64,000 nt of DNA, from assembly GCA_020726405.1 (NCBI GenBank), contig DYSB01000001.1, forward strand, positions 7,440 to 71,439, given 5' to 3'. The translations under genes were made by a program, and so were the position numbers. Positions 1 to 8,193 of this stretch are shown in pieces (position 1 is the stretch's first letter; each line of letters starts with the position of its first letter). This stretch comes from Acetofilamentum sp. Lineage in GTDB: Bacteria > CAIWAD01. The notes under the pieces were generated by a model that was given only the letters and a program-made list of their open reading frames with translations, had not been told where the DNA came from and did no database searches.

Positions 1-19
1 CCCTGCGAGTGGTCCAAAT

Positions 20-215
20 AAAAGAAACCTCTATACGTCACGGTGGGTGCCCGCCTGAATGCGTCTGGAATCCGCCGGTCCCGAAGGACTCCTCACCGAA
101 ATGAGGCGCGGCCTGTCATCGGCACTCGTGAGAGACAAGCTCCCATGTTCATTCTTATACGGTTCTTTTATAAAGGTTGGCACCCGCAGGGGCATTCTTG
201 TGAAAGAACGCCCGC
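20..215 (-). ncRNA. possible 6S RNA (SsrS)-like structured RNA 3' of zapA (approximate boundaries)
   Basis: About 200 nt with no convincing ORF and visibly lower G+C than the flanks. It lies directly downstream of zapA on the same strand; zapA-ssrS synteny is established in E. coli. The minus-strand transcript contains CACAAGAAUG, a 10-mer also present in the central-bubble region of E. coli 6S RNA. GC-rich segments that could pair are present (CCUGCGGGUGCC with GGCGGGCACCCACCG). Not folded computationally. Confidence 0.25.
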
Positions 216-221
216 CGCGTC

Positions 222-512
222 TCAAACGCCGCCGGCCTCCTTGGTCATCAAGTGATTCTCGATCCGCTTGCTTAGAACATCCAATGCGCCGGAGTCCCGG
301 CCGCCCTCGCACTCCCGTCCCAGCAGTTCTCCCGCCAAGTTCAGGGCCACCAGGGCCGCCACAATAGCCGGCTCGCGATGCGTCGCGCCGTGGGCGACCT
401 GATCCATGCGCTGGCGCACCAGCAACACGGCGGCGTCCAAGTCCATGTCGGACAACTCGGTCCGCAGGGGTACCCGGATCCCATGCAAGGTCACGGTTCG
501 GCTGACACTCAT
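222..512 (-). CDS. zapA: cell division protein ZapA
   Basis: ORF 222..698 contains a 96-aa product starting at the internal ATG (512): MSVSRTVTLHGIRVPLRTELSDMDLDAAVLLVRQRMDQV...AALVALNLAGELL. This has ZapA-like length and N-terminal strand / C-terminal helix pattern. Its position after pheT matches the pheST-zapA synteny seen in many bacteria. The upstream extension in the track is Cys/Arg/Trp-rich junk. Confidence 0.7.
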   Translation of the reverse strand: MSVSRTVTLHGIRVPLRTELSDMDLDAAVLLVRQRMDQVAHGATHREPAIVAALVALNLAGELLGRECEGGRDSGALDVLSKRIENHLMTKEAGGV

Positions 513-573
513 GTTGTTTCGCTCGCGGGATTCGGTCCCGTCATCTATGGCCACGACCCGCATCCGGGTCTGT

Positions 574-876
574 TCAGATCTCCAGGGTCTCGAGCAGAGC
601 CTGCAACCGGCGCCGGGCCTCGTCCAGGCTGGCCGGATCGGGCAGGGCCGCCAGACGCTCGCGCAGGAGGCCCCGCTCCTGCTCCAGTTCATGCACACGT
701 TTCAGGGCCTGGGCCAGGCGCTCTTCCAGTTGACGCAGCTTCTGCTGGGCCTCGCCGCGTTCCCGATCACTGCGCAGCAGCTCCTGCAGCGTCCCGCCGT
801 GGGCGGTCAGCAGACGATCCACTTGCTCTTCGAGCCGCGCCAGGGGATCCACGTCAACTCCGCAGCCTGGCTCCAT
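574..876 (-). CDS. hypothetical all-helical coiled-coil protein (ZapB-like?)
   Basis: 100-aa ORF made entirely of heptad-like Leu/Glu/Arg/Gln repeats (LARLEEQVDRLL...QKLRQLEERLAQALKRVHELEQERGLLRERLAAL). It sits between pheT and zapA on the same strand. Start uncertain; it overlaps the pheT end by ~20 nt if it starts at 876. Confidence 0.4.
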   Translation of the reverse strand: MEPGCGVDVDPLARLEEQVDRLLTAHGGTLQELLRSDRERGEAQQKLRQLEERLAQALKRVHELEQERGLLRERLAALPDPASLDEARRRLQALLETLEI

Positions 877-3256
877 GCCGCTGTTCCGCCTGCTTGAGCA
901 GGTCCGTCACCACCGGGTCCACGTCGGCGTCCGACAGGCTGCGCTCCCGGTCGTTGAAGCGCAGCCGGTAGCTGCGGCTCACGCAACCGTCGGGCACACC
1001 CTTGCCCTGATACACGTCCACCACCTGGACCTGCTGCAAGAGCGGACGTCCGGCTTCCAGCAACGTGTCCGCCAAGGCGCCGGCCGGCAACTCCGCGGGG
1101 CTGATCAGGCTCAAGTCCCGCAGGACCGAAGGCTGGCGGGAGAAGGGCTGGTAGCGGGGCAGCCCCGGCGCCAGGCGCGCCACGGACTCCAGGTCCAGAT
1201 CCAAGGCGAAGACCGGCCACTCCGTGCCCATCCGTTCGCACAGACGGGGTTCCAGCTGGCCGAACACGCCCAGACGCTCCCCGTCCCGCTCGATGGCCAG
1301 CGAATTGGCCGAAAAGACGCCGTCAAGGTAGGGAAGCAAGCGGAGGCCTTCAAGGTGAAGATGGCTCAGCAACAGCAGGACGACTTCCTTGAGATCGTGG
1401 AAGCCATAGGCCTCGGCCGGGCCCTGCCAGCTTTCCGGGCGCAGCTGGCCCACCAGCAGCAGGGCCAGGTGCAGGGACTCGCGGCAGCCGGTGGCGCAGG
1501 CGGGGTCGGGATGGAACTCCCGGTCCAGTTCGAAGAGCCGCTGGCCCTCCGCGCGCCGGTTCAGGTTGTAGACGGCGGTCTCCAGCAGACTGGGCAGCAG
1601 GCTGGGCCGCAGCACGGACATCTCCTGGGAGAGCGGATTGCGGATTTGTAGCACCGGGCGCTCGGGCAGCACGCGCTCCAGCTGGCGCGGGTCCGTCATG
1701 CTGTAGCTCATCACTTGGCGGAAGCCCAGGCCGACGGCCTCCCGGCGCACGCGCTCCAGCAGCTCGCGCCGCGGGTTGCCGCGCTGGCCCAGCGGCACGC
1801 GGGCGGAATCCGGCTGGGGCACCTGCTCGTAGCCCTCCAGCCGCACGACTTCCTCGATCAGGTCGATCTCACGCTCCAGATCGTGGCGCCAGCTCGGCGG
1901 TGTCACGCGGAGGCCTTCGGCGCTGGTTTCGCACTCGCAGCCCAGCGCCTCCAGATGCGCGCGCATGCGCTCCGCGCTCAGGGCCAGGCCCAGCACGGCG
2001 TTGCAGCGCGCGCTGCGCAGAGTCAGCGGTTGGGGCTGCCAGGGCCGGGGATCGGCGTCGGCGCAGCCGCCGGCCAATTGGCCGCCGGCAGTCAGGGCCA
2101 CCAGCGAGCTGGCCCGCCGCAGCACGGCCTCCACATCCCGGGGATCCACGCCGCGCTCGAAGCGCCGACTGGAATCCGAGGACAGGCCCGCCCGCCGGGC
2201 GCCCATCCGGATGCCGACGGAATCGAAGACCGCGCACTCCAGCAGGATCTCCGTGGTGTCCGCGGCGATGCCCGAGTTCAGGCCGCCCATGATGCCCGCC
2301 AGGGCCACCGGGCGCTCGCCGTCGCAGATCAGCGTGTGCTCCACGTCCAGCGTGCGCTCCTGGCCATCCAGGGTGGTGAAACGCTCGCCCGCCGCGGCGT
2401 TCCGCACGTGGATGCGCCGACCCCGGACCTCGCGCAGGTCGAAGGCGTGGAGGGGATGGCCCAGCTCCCACATCACGTAGTTGGTCACGTCCACCACGTT
2501 GGAGATGGAGCGCAGCCCGACGGCCTCCAGGCGGTTCACCAGCCAGCGCGGACTGGGGCCCACGCGCACGCCGCTCATCCGCTGGCCCGCGTAGCGCGAA
2601 CAATCGGCGCAGGCGGGGTCGAGCACGATCTCCACGCGCTCGTCGCCATCCGCTGCCGGGGCGGCCGGCGCCTCCGGCCGGCTCAGCGGGACGCCGCGCA
2701 GGGCGGCCAGATCCCGGGCGATGCCCAGGATGGAATAAGCGTCGCCGCGGTTCTGGGTGATCTCCAGATCCAGCACCACGTCCTGCAGGTTGTAGTCCCG
2801 GGCCAGCGGATCGCCGGGCTTCCAGTCCGCTGGGTCGAGGAGTTTCAGTCCGCTGTGGTCGTCGGAAAGGCCCAGCTCCACCTCGCTGCAGAGCATGCCC
2901 TCGCTGTCCACGCCACGGATGCGGGCCTTCTTGAGCGGCTGCTCCACTCCCGGCAACACGGCGCCCAGTTGCGCCAGGGGTACGGTGAGCCCTTCGGCCA
3001 CGTTGGGCGCGCCACAGACCAAGGTCAGCCGACCTGCGCCGTGATTCACCGTGACCAGCCGCAGGCGGTCGGCGTTGGGATGGGGCTCCACCTTCTCCAC
3101 GAAGGCCGCCACCACGCCGATCAACTCACGCCCGATGCGCTGCACGCTCTCCACCTCGAACCCCAGCATGGTGAGTTCGTGGGTCAGCGCCGCCACGCCC
3201 GCCGGGCTGGTGTCCACCGGCAGGAAATCGTTCAGCCAGGAAAGGGAGATCTTCAT
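854..3256 (-). CDS. pheT: phenylalanine--tRNA ligase beta subunit
   Basis: ORF 854..3319. Conserved PheT N-terminus MKISLSWLNDF begins at the internal start (3256). Product ~800 aa with B3/4 and tRNA-binding regions. Confidence 0.95.
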   Translation of the reverse strand: MKISLSWLNDFLPVDTSPAGVAALTHELTMLGFEVESVQRIGRELIGVVAAFVEKVEPHPNADRLRLVTVNHGAGRLTLVCGAPNVAEGLTVPLAQLGAVLPGVEQPLKKARIRGVDSEGMLCSEVELGLSDDHSGLKLLDPADWKPGDPLARDYNLQDVVLDLEITQNRGDAYSILGIARDLAALRGVPLSRPEAPAAPAADGDERVEIVLDPACADCSRYAGQRMSGVRVGPSPRWLVNRLEAVGLRSISNVVDVTNYVMWELGHPLHAFDLREVRGRRIHVRNAAAGERFTTLDGQERTLDVEHTLICDGERPVALAGIMGGLNSGIAADTTEILLECAVFDSVGIRMGARRAGLSSDSSRRFERGVDPRDVEAVLRRASSLVALTAGGQLAGGCADADPRPWQPQPLTLRSARCNAVLGLALSAERMRAHLEALGCECETSAEGLRVTPPSWRHDLEREIDLIEEVVRLEGYEQVPQPDSARVPLGQRGNPRRELLERVRREAVGLGFRQVMSYSMTDPRQLERVLPERPVLQIRNPLSQEMSVLRPSLLPSLLETAVYNLNRRAEGQRLFELDREFHPDPACATGCRESLHLALLLVGQLRPESWQGPAEAYGFHDLKEVVLLLLSHLHLEGLRLLPYLDGVFSANSLAIERDGERLGVFGQLEPRLCERMGTEWPVFALDLDLESVARLAPGLPRYQPFSRQPSVLRDLSLISPAELPAGALADTLLEAGRPLLQQVQVVDVYQGKGVPDGCVSRSYRLRFNDRERSLSDADVDPVVTDLLKQAEQRHGARLRS

Positions 3257-3286
3257 CGTCACACCGCCATCTGGATTTTTCCGGAC

Positions 3287-3413
3287 GGTCACGAAGTTCA
3301 GGAAGAGGCCGAAGAACACGAAGACGAATCAGGGTGTCACCCGACTGCCGCTTCTCTTCGATCGGTCTCCCGCTTCCTGATCTTCGTTCCGCTTCGTGTG
3401 CTTCGTGTCCCGC
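3287..3413. repeat. palindromic intergenic repeat element, copy A (CGAAG-decamer arms)
   Basis: pheS-pheT spacer is unusually long (168 bp). Left arm 3287-3330: GGTCACGAAGTTCAGGAAGAGGCCGAAGAACACGAAGACGAATC. Right arm 3379-3413: GATCTTCGTTCCGCTTCGTGTGCTTCGTGTCCCGC. The arms are inverted relative to each other and each has ~10-nt periodic CGAAG/CTTCG units. Copy B at 12291-12472 shares GGTCACGAAG and the terminal CTTCGTGTCCCGC. Confidence 0.6.
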
Positions 3414-3424
3414 TCCGGGTCCGC

Positions 3425-4426
3425 TCAGAATTGTTCGAGGAAGCGCCAGTCGTTTTCGTAGAAGAGCCGGATGTCGTCCACACCGTAGAGCAGCATGGCC
3501 ATGCGCTCCACGCCCAGGCCGAAGGCGAAGCCCGTCCACTCCTCCGGGTCCAGGTCCACACCGGTCAGCACGGCGGGGTCCACCAGGCCGCTGCCGCCCA
3601 TCTCCAGCCAGCCCGAGTGCTTGCAGACCCGGCAGCCCGCGCCGCCGCAGAAGATGCAGCTCACGTCCACCTCGGCGCTGGGCTCGGTGAAGGGGAAGAA
3701 GTGCGGCCGGAAGCGCAGGCGCGTGTCCGGCCCGAACATGCGGCGGTAGAACTCCAGCAGCGTACCCTTCAGGTCGGCGAAAGTCACGCCGTGATCCACG
3801 TAGAGGCCCTCCACCTGCATGAACATCGGGCTGTGGCTGGCGTCCGGCTTGTCGTTGCGGTAGACGCGGCCCGGCGCAATGATCCGCACCGGCGGCTTGA
3901 CCTGCTCCAGCACGCGGATCTGCACCGGGCTGGTCTCCGTGCGCAGCATGTGGCCCTGCTGCAGGTAGAGGCTGTCGGACTCCATTCGCGCCGGATGCCA
4001 GAAAGGCGTGTTGAGCATGTCGAAGTTGTAGCGCTCGGTCTCCACTTCCGGGCCGTCCTCCACGGTGAAACCCATCCGCGTGAAGATGCCCGTGATGCGG
4101 TCCAGGATCTGCTGCAGCGGGTGCAGGGAGCCCGTCCGGACGGGGTGGCCCGGCAGGGTGAGGTCCACACGGGCCACGCCCTCGCGGTTCAGCAGCTCCT
4201 CCTGGCGGGCCATGAAGACGGCCTCCAGTTCCTCCTTCAGCACGTTGATCTGCGCGCCAAAGGCCGGGCGCTCTTCGGCAGGCAGCTCGCGCATCTGCTT
4301 GAAGAGGTCCTGCAGCCGCCCCTTGCGGCCCAGCCAGCCCTGATGCACGGCCGCCAGGGCCTCGCGGTCCGCGGCGGCGGCCAGGGCGGCGAGGAACTCG
4401 GCGCGCAGGCTGTCGAGGGTGTTCAT
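3425..4426 (-). CDS. pheS: phenylalanine--tRNA ligase alpha subunit
   Basis: ORF 3425..4618. The PheS-like product starts at the internal ATG (4426): MNTLDSLRAEF. Class II aaRS motifs FRPHFFPFTEPS and GLGVERMAMLLYGVDDIRLF are present. Confidence 0.95.
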   Translation of the reverse strand: MNTLDSLRAEFLAALAAAADREALAAVHQGWLGRKGRLQDLFKQMRELPAEERPAFGAQINVLKEELEAVFMARQEELLNREGVARVDLTLPGHPVRTGSLHPLQQILDRITGIFTRMGFTVEDGPEVETERYNFDMLNTPFWHPARMESDSLYLQQGHMLRTETSPVQIRVLEQVKPPVRIIAPGRVYRNDKPDASHSPMFMQVEGLYVDHGVTFADLKGTLLEFYRRMFGPDTRLRFRPHFFPFTEPSAEVDVSCIFCGGAGCRVCKHSGWLEMGGSGLVDPAVLTGVDLDPEEWTGFAFGLGVERMAMLLYGVDDIRLFYENDWRFLEQF

Positions 4427-4583
4427 GGTGTGCTCCACGTCCGTTGAAAACTCAAGCTCCCGGGATCGACCGGTTTTCCAGGTCCGCACTTTGCCGGGCC
4501 ACTCGTCTGCACTGCGCTCCGCGCGCCCCGACAAGGAAAAGTCCCCGCGCGGGGGACATTTCCAGGTGCGATTCCGGGCTGCG

Positions 4584-4934
4584 CTAGCGCAAGGATCGCA
4601 CCAGCTCGCCAAAGGCATCCGGTTCCCGGACGGCCAGGTCGGCCAGCTGGCGGCGGTCCAGCGTGACGCCCTTCACATCCAGCAGATGGATGAACGTGCT
4701 GTAGTTCATCTCGGTGTCGTGGATGCGCACCGCGGCGTTGATGCGGGCGATCCACAAGCGGCGGAACTCGCCCTTGCGAACCTTGCGGTGCATGGTCGAG
4801 GTGGCCAGGGCGCGATCCACGGCTTGCAGCGTCTGGCGCAGCAGGTTCTTGCGACCGCCGCGGAAGCCCTTGGCCAGGGCGAAGACGCGCTTGCGACGAG
4901 CCTTGGAGGCGGGATTGTTTGTTGCTCTCGGCAT
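4584..4934 (-). CDS. rplT: 50S ribosomal protein L20
   Basis: 116 aa, MPRATNNPASKARRKRVFALAKGFRGGRKNL...; typical L20. Confidence 0.97.
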   Translation of the reverse strand: MPRATNNPASKARRKRVFALAKGFRGGRKNLLRQTLQAVDRALATSTMHRKVRKGEFRRLWIARINAAVRIHDTEMNYSTFIHLLDVKGVTLDRRQLADLAVREPDAFGELVRSLR

Positions 4935-4947
4935 CTGTCAGGCCTCC

Positions 4948-5142
4948 TTAGCAGGTCAACATGCGCTTCACGCGCGGCTCATCGGCTTCCGAAACCAGGC
5001 CGGCGTGGCGCAGATTGCGCTTGCGGCCCGGGGACTTGCTGGTCAGAATGTGGCTGGCGTAGGCCTTGTGGCGCTTCACCCGACCGGTGCCGGTCAGTTT
5101 GAAGCGCTTGGCCGCGGCGCGGTTGGTCTTCATCTTGGGCAT
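4948..5142 (-). CDS. rpmI: 50S ribosomal protein L35
   Basis: 64 aa, [37 protein letters not shown]... Confidence 0.95.
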   Translation of the reverse strand: MPKMKTNRAAAKRFKLTGTGRVKRHKAYASHILTSKSPGRKRNLRHAGLVSEADEPRVKRMLTC

Positions 5143-5144
5143 CT

Positions 5145-5678
5145 CTATTCCTCCGTCTTCTTCTTCATCACTTTCTTGGGTGAAAGCAGGGCGCTCATGC
5201 TGCGCGGACCGTCCATCTTGGGCTCCTGCTCGACCAGGGCCACGTCCTTGAGGATCTCGATGAACTTGTCCAGCGTGTCCTGGCCGAATTCCTTGTGCGT
5301 GATCATGCGCCCCCGGAACACCACGAAGGCCTTCACCTTGTGCCCGTCGTCCAGGAACTCCCGACCCTGCGCCGCCTTGGTCTCCAGATCGTGCCCGCTG
5401 ATCTTGGGGGTCAGGCGCACACCCTTCACCGTGATGGTGTGCTGCTTGACCTTGGCTGCCTTGTCCTTCTTGGACTGCTGGTAGAGGAACTTCCCGTAAT
5501 CCATGATCTTGCAGACCGGCGGGTCTGCATTGGGCGCGATCTCCACCAGATCCAGCCCGTCCTGGAGTGCCATCTCCCGGGCCACCTGTGTGTCCACGAC
5601 ACCCGCCTGGGAACCATCCGCCGCGATCAGCCGGACATTGGGAATGCGGATGTGCTCGTTGATCCGGTGCTTGGGCAC
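5145..5678 (-). CDS. infC: translation initiation factor IF-3
   Basis: 177 aa with GTG start (cac at 5676-5678). [16 protein letters not shown] resembles the IF3 N-domain, and a C-domain follows. Classic thrS-infC-rpmI-rplT order. Confidence 0.92.
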   Translation of the reverse strand: MPKHRINEHIRIPNVRLIAADGSQAGVVDTQVAREMALQDGLDLVEIAPNADPPVCKIMDYGKFLYQQSKKDKAAKVKQHTITVKGVRLTPKISGHDLETKAAQGREFLDDGHKVKAFVVFRGRMITHKEFGQDTLDKFIEILKDVALVEQEPKMDGPRSMSALLSPKKVMKKKTEE

Positions 5679-5799
5679 CAGGATCGTCGGGCGTTGCAGG
5701 AATTTCCTTCTGGCGATGATGGGCTCCTTGTGCTGTGCCTGCGCGGTTCAGGCGTTCGCCGTTCCCATGACCGGCGTCCCGCGACGGGATCAGGCGCGA

Positions 5800-7731
5800 C
5801 TACGCCGTCACCGACTCCTCCAGGCGGCGGCCGTCGACCAGGCCCCGCAGTTCGCTGACCAGTTCCGCCACCGGACGCACGCCCAGGTCGCCCTGGCCAT
5901 GCCGGCGCACCGCCACCAGGCCCTGCTCGGCCTCGCGCGCGCCCACCACCAGGATCCAGGGGATCTTGCGCAGCTCGGCGGCGCGGATCTTGTAGCCGAT
6001 CTTCTCCGAGCGCGTCTCCAGCTGGGCCCGCAGGCCCGCCTTGAGCAGCTCCTGTTGCACGCTCCGCGCGGCCTCCAGCTGCCCCTCGGTGATGGGCAGC
6101 ACGATGGCCTGGACGGGCGCCAGCCAGGTGGGCAGGTTGCCGGCGAAGTGCTCGATCAGGATCCCGATGAAGCGCTCGAAGGAGCCGAAGATCGCGCGGT
6201 GGATCATCACGGGGCGCTGGCGGCTGCCATCCTCCGCCGTGTACTCCAGCTCAAAGCGCTCGGGCATGCTGAAGTCCAGCTGGATGGTGGCGCACTGCCA
6301 GCGGCGCCCCAGGCAGTCCTTGATGTGGAAGTCAATCTTCGGACCGTAGAAAGCGCCGTCGCCGGGGTTCAGCTTGTAGGCGGCGCCCACCCGCGCCAGG
6401 GCCGCCTTGAGGGCGCCCTCGGCCTGCTCCCAGACTTCCAGGCTGCCGATGAACTTCTCCTCCGGCCGGGTGGAGAGTTCCATCTCGTAGCCGAAGCCGA
6501 AAGTCGAGTAGATCCAGTCCACCAGCTGGATGACCTTGACGATCTCGTCCTCGATCTGGGGCGGGGTGCAGAAGATGTGCGCGTCGTCCTGGGTGAACAT
6601 GCGCACGCGGAACAGGCCCTGGAGCACGCCGGACTTCTCGTGGCGATGCACCTGGCCCAACTCCGCCAGCTTGAGCGGCAGTTCCTTGTAGGAGTGCGGC
6701 TGGCTGCCGAAGATCGTGCAGCAGCCCGGGCAGTTCATGGGCTTGACCGCGTAGTCCTGCTCGTCGATCTGCGTGAAATACATGTTCTCGCGGTAGTGCT
6801 CCCAGTGGCCGCTCTTGTGCCAGAGACTCTCCGAGAGGATCATGGGCGTGCGGATCTCGCTGTAGCCGGCCTCGCGGTGCAGCTCGCGCCAGAAACGCAC
6901 CAGCTCGTCGTAGACCACGGTGCCGTTGGGATGCCAGAAGGGGAAGCCCGGCCCCACCTCGTGGAAGGAGAACAACTCCAGCTCGCGGCCCAGTTTGCGG
7001 TGGTCGCGCTTCTTGGCTTCCTCGATCAGGAACAGGTGCTGGTCCAGCTCCGCCTGGCTGGGGAAGCTGATGGCGCGCACGCGCTGCAGCTGCTCGTTCT
7101 TCTCGTCCCCGTGCAGGTAGGCGCCGGCCACGCTGAGCACCTTGACGGCCTTGATCTTGCCCGTATCCAACAGGTGCGGACCGCGGCAGAGGTCGGCCCA
7201 GGCGCCCTGCTCGTAGACGCTGATCGACTCGCCGCGCGCCGCGATGGCGTCGATGAGTTCCAGCTTGAAGCGCTCGCCCCGGGCCGCGAAAAAACTGCGG
7301 GCCTCGTCGGCGCAGAGCTCGCGCCGGACCAAGCGCTCCTTGCGTTTGAGCACCTCGCGCATCTTCTCTTCGATGCGGGTGAGGTCCTCTTCGCCGATGG
7401 GAGTGGGGAACTTGATGTCGTAGAAGAAGCCGGCCTCGGTGGCAGGGCCGTCGTCCAGCAGGGCCGCGGGCCACAATTCTTTGACGGCCTGGGCCAGCAC
7501 GTGGGCCGAACTGTGCCAATACACGGTCTTGCCCGCCTCGTCTTCCCAAGTCAGGAAGCGAATGCGGGCATCCTTGTGGATCGGATGGACCAAGGAAACA
7601 AGCTCGCCGTCCAAATCAGCCGCGAGGGCGGCCTTGGCGAGGGAAGGGCTGATTTCCTTGGCGACTTCCAGCGGCGTGGCGCCAGGTTGAACCTGACGCT
7701 GGGCGCCGTCCGGAAAGGTTAGGGTGAACAT
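5800..7731 (-). CDS. thrS: threonine--tRNA ligase
   Basis: 643 aa; TGS-like N-term MFTLTFPDGAQRQV, class II catalytic core (HRAIFGSFERFIGILIEHFAGNLPTWLAPVQAIVLP) and anticodon-binding C-term. Confidence 0.97.
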   Translation of the reverse strand: MFTLTFPDGAQRQVQPGATPLEVAKEISPSLAKAALAADLDGELVSLVHPIHKDARIRFLTWEDEAGKTVYWHSSAHVLAQAVKELWPAALLDDGPATEAGFFYDIKFPTPIGEEDLTRIEEKMREVLKRKERLVRRELCADEARSFFAARGERFKLELIDAIAARGESISVYEQGAWADLCRGPHLLDTGKIKAVKVLSVAGAYLHGDEKNEQLQRVRAISFPSQAELDQHLFLIEEAKKRDHRKLGRELELFSFHEVGPGFPFWHPNGTVVYDELVRFWRELHREAGYSEIRTPMILSESLWHKSGHWEHYRENMYFTQIDEQDYAVKPMNCPGCCTIFGSQPHSYKELPLKLAELGQVHRHEKSGVLQGLFRVRMFTQDDAHIFCTPPQIEDEIVKVIQLVDWIYSTFGFGYEMELSTRPEEKFIGSLEVWEQAEGALKAALARVGAAYKLNPGDGAFYGPKIDFHIKDCLGRRWQCATIQLDFSMPERFELEYTAEDGSRQRPVMIHRAIFGSFERFIGILIEHFAGNLPTWLAPVQAIVLPITEGQLEAARSVQQELLKAGLRAQLETRSEKIGYKIRAAELRKIPWILVVGAREAEQGLVAVRRHGQGDLGVRPVAELVSELRGLVDGRRLEESVTA

Positions 7732-7824
7732 GGTCCCCAGCCTTTCTGTTTGACCGGAGTGACGTGCGCCAGGACGTCATCTCCTTGTCGCGGAATGATT
7801 TCGGTCCTTCAGGACCTCCGCGAG

Positions 7825-7899
7825 TGGGCGACACGGGATTTGAACCTGTGACCTCTTGCGTGTCGAGCAAGCGCTCTAACCAACTGAGCTAGCCGCCCC
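7825..7899 (-). tRNA. tRNA-Val (anticodon GAC)
   Basis: Reverse complement reads GGGCGGCUAGCUCAGUUGGUUAGAGCGCUUGCUCGACACGCAAGAGGUCACAGGUUCAAAUCCCGUGUCGCCCA. 7-bp acceptor stem, D arm GCUC/GAGC, anticodon stem CUUGC/GCAAG with loop UCGACAC (GAC), T loop UUCAAAU. One A-C mismatch in the T stem. CCA not encoded. Confidence 0.85.
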
Positions 7900-7986
7900 C
7901 AGAAGCCGCGAAATGTAGAGTTGCCCGAGGCTGGAGTCAAGAACTCAGGTAGATTTCTCGTTGACTTTGTCGTTGGGGAGGAGATG

Positions 7987-8174
7987 TCCACAGATTACAC
8001 AAATTACACGGATCAAAAACTGTTTTCATCTGAAACCAAATTTTGTCGCAATTGATGGTCATTCTAAATACCTGCAACTTTCAAACCTATTGACAGATAA
8101 TATGAGTTTAACGATGCAGTGTAGCATTTATTCAATTTATTGCCTTAATTCGTGAAATTTGTGTAATCTGTGGA
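7987..8174. mobile_element. MITE-like element with 19-bp perfect terminal inverted repeats
   Basis: TCCACAGATTACACAAATT at 7987-8005 and its exact reverse complement AATTTGTGTAATCTGTGGA at 8156-8174 flank ~150 bp of strongly AT-rich DNA in an otherwise GC-rich genome. The repeat extends to ~24 bp with one mismatch. No transposase-like ORF; track ORF 7961..8155 inside is low-complexity. No clear target-site duplication. Confidence 0.5.
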
Positions 8175-8193
8175 TACCTGGTTTTACCTAACT

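Noticed and set aside
222-698. N-terminal 62-codon extension of the zapA track ORF (MCMNWSRSGASCASVWRPC...)
   Set aside because: Cys/Trp/Arg-rich and unlike any ZapA; the conserved ZapA sequence begins at the internal ATG at 512.
1715-4447. 910-aa plus-strand ORF (and similar long plus-strand ORFs, e.g. 5503..7722, 8170..9489, 20953..22698, 33637..35181, 36022..38076, 48226..50343)
   Set aside because: These are Arg/Ala/Gly/Pro/His-rich, low-complexity translations lying antisense to well-supported minus-strand genes (pheST, thrS, wbaP, pilB, pilT, TBDR, the kinase operon). They are classic spurious ORFs of high-GC DNA.
7961-8155. 64-aa ORF inside the MITE-like element
   Set aside because: AT-rich low-complexity peptide with no RBS and no similarity to transposases. 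It most likely arises because AT-rich DNA lacks stop codons in this frame only by chance.
7732-8193. Possible tRNA-targeted genomic island at tRNA-Val
   Set aside because: No integrase, no direct repeat of the tRNA 3' end, and the flanking genes (thrS, wbaP) are core or operonic. Only the small MITE-like insertion is supported.
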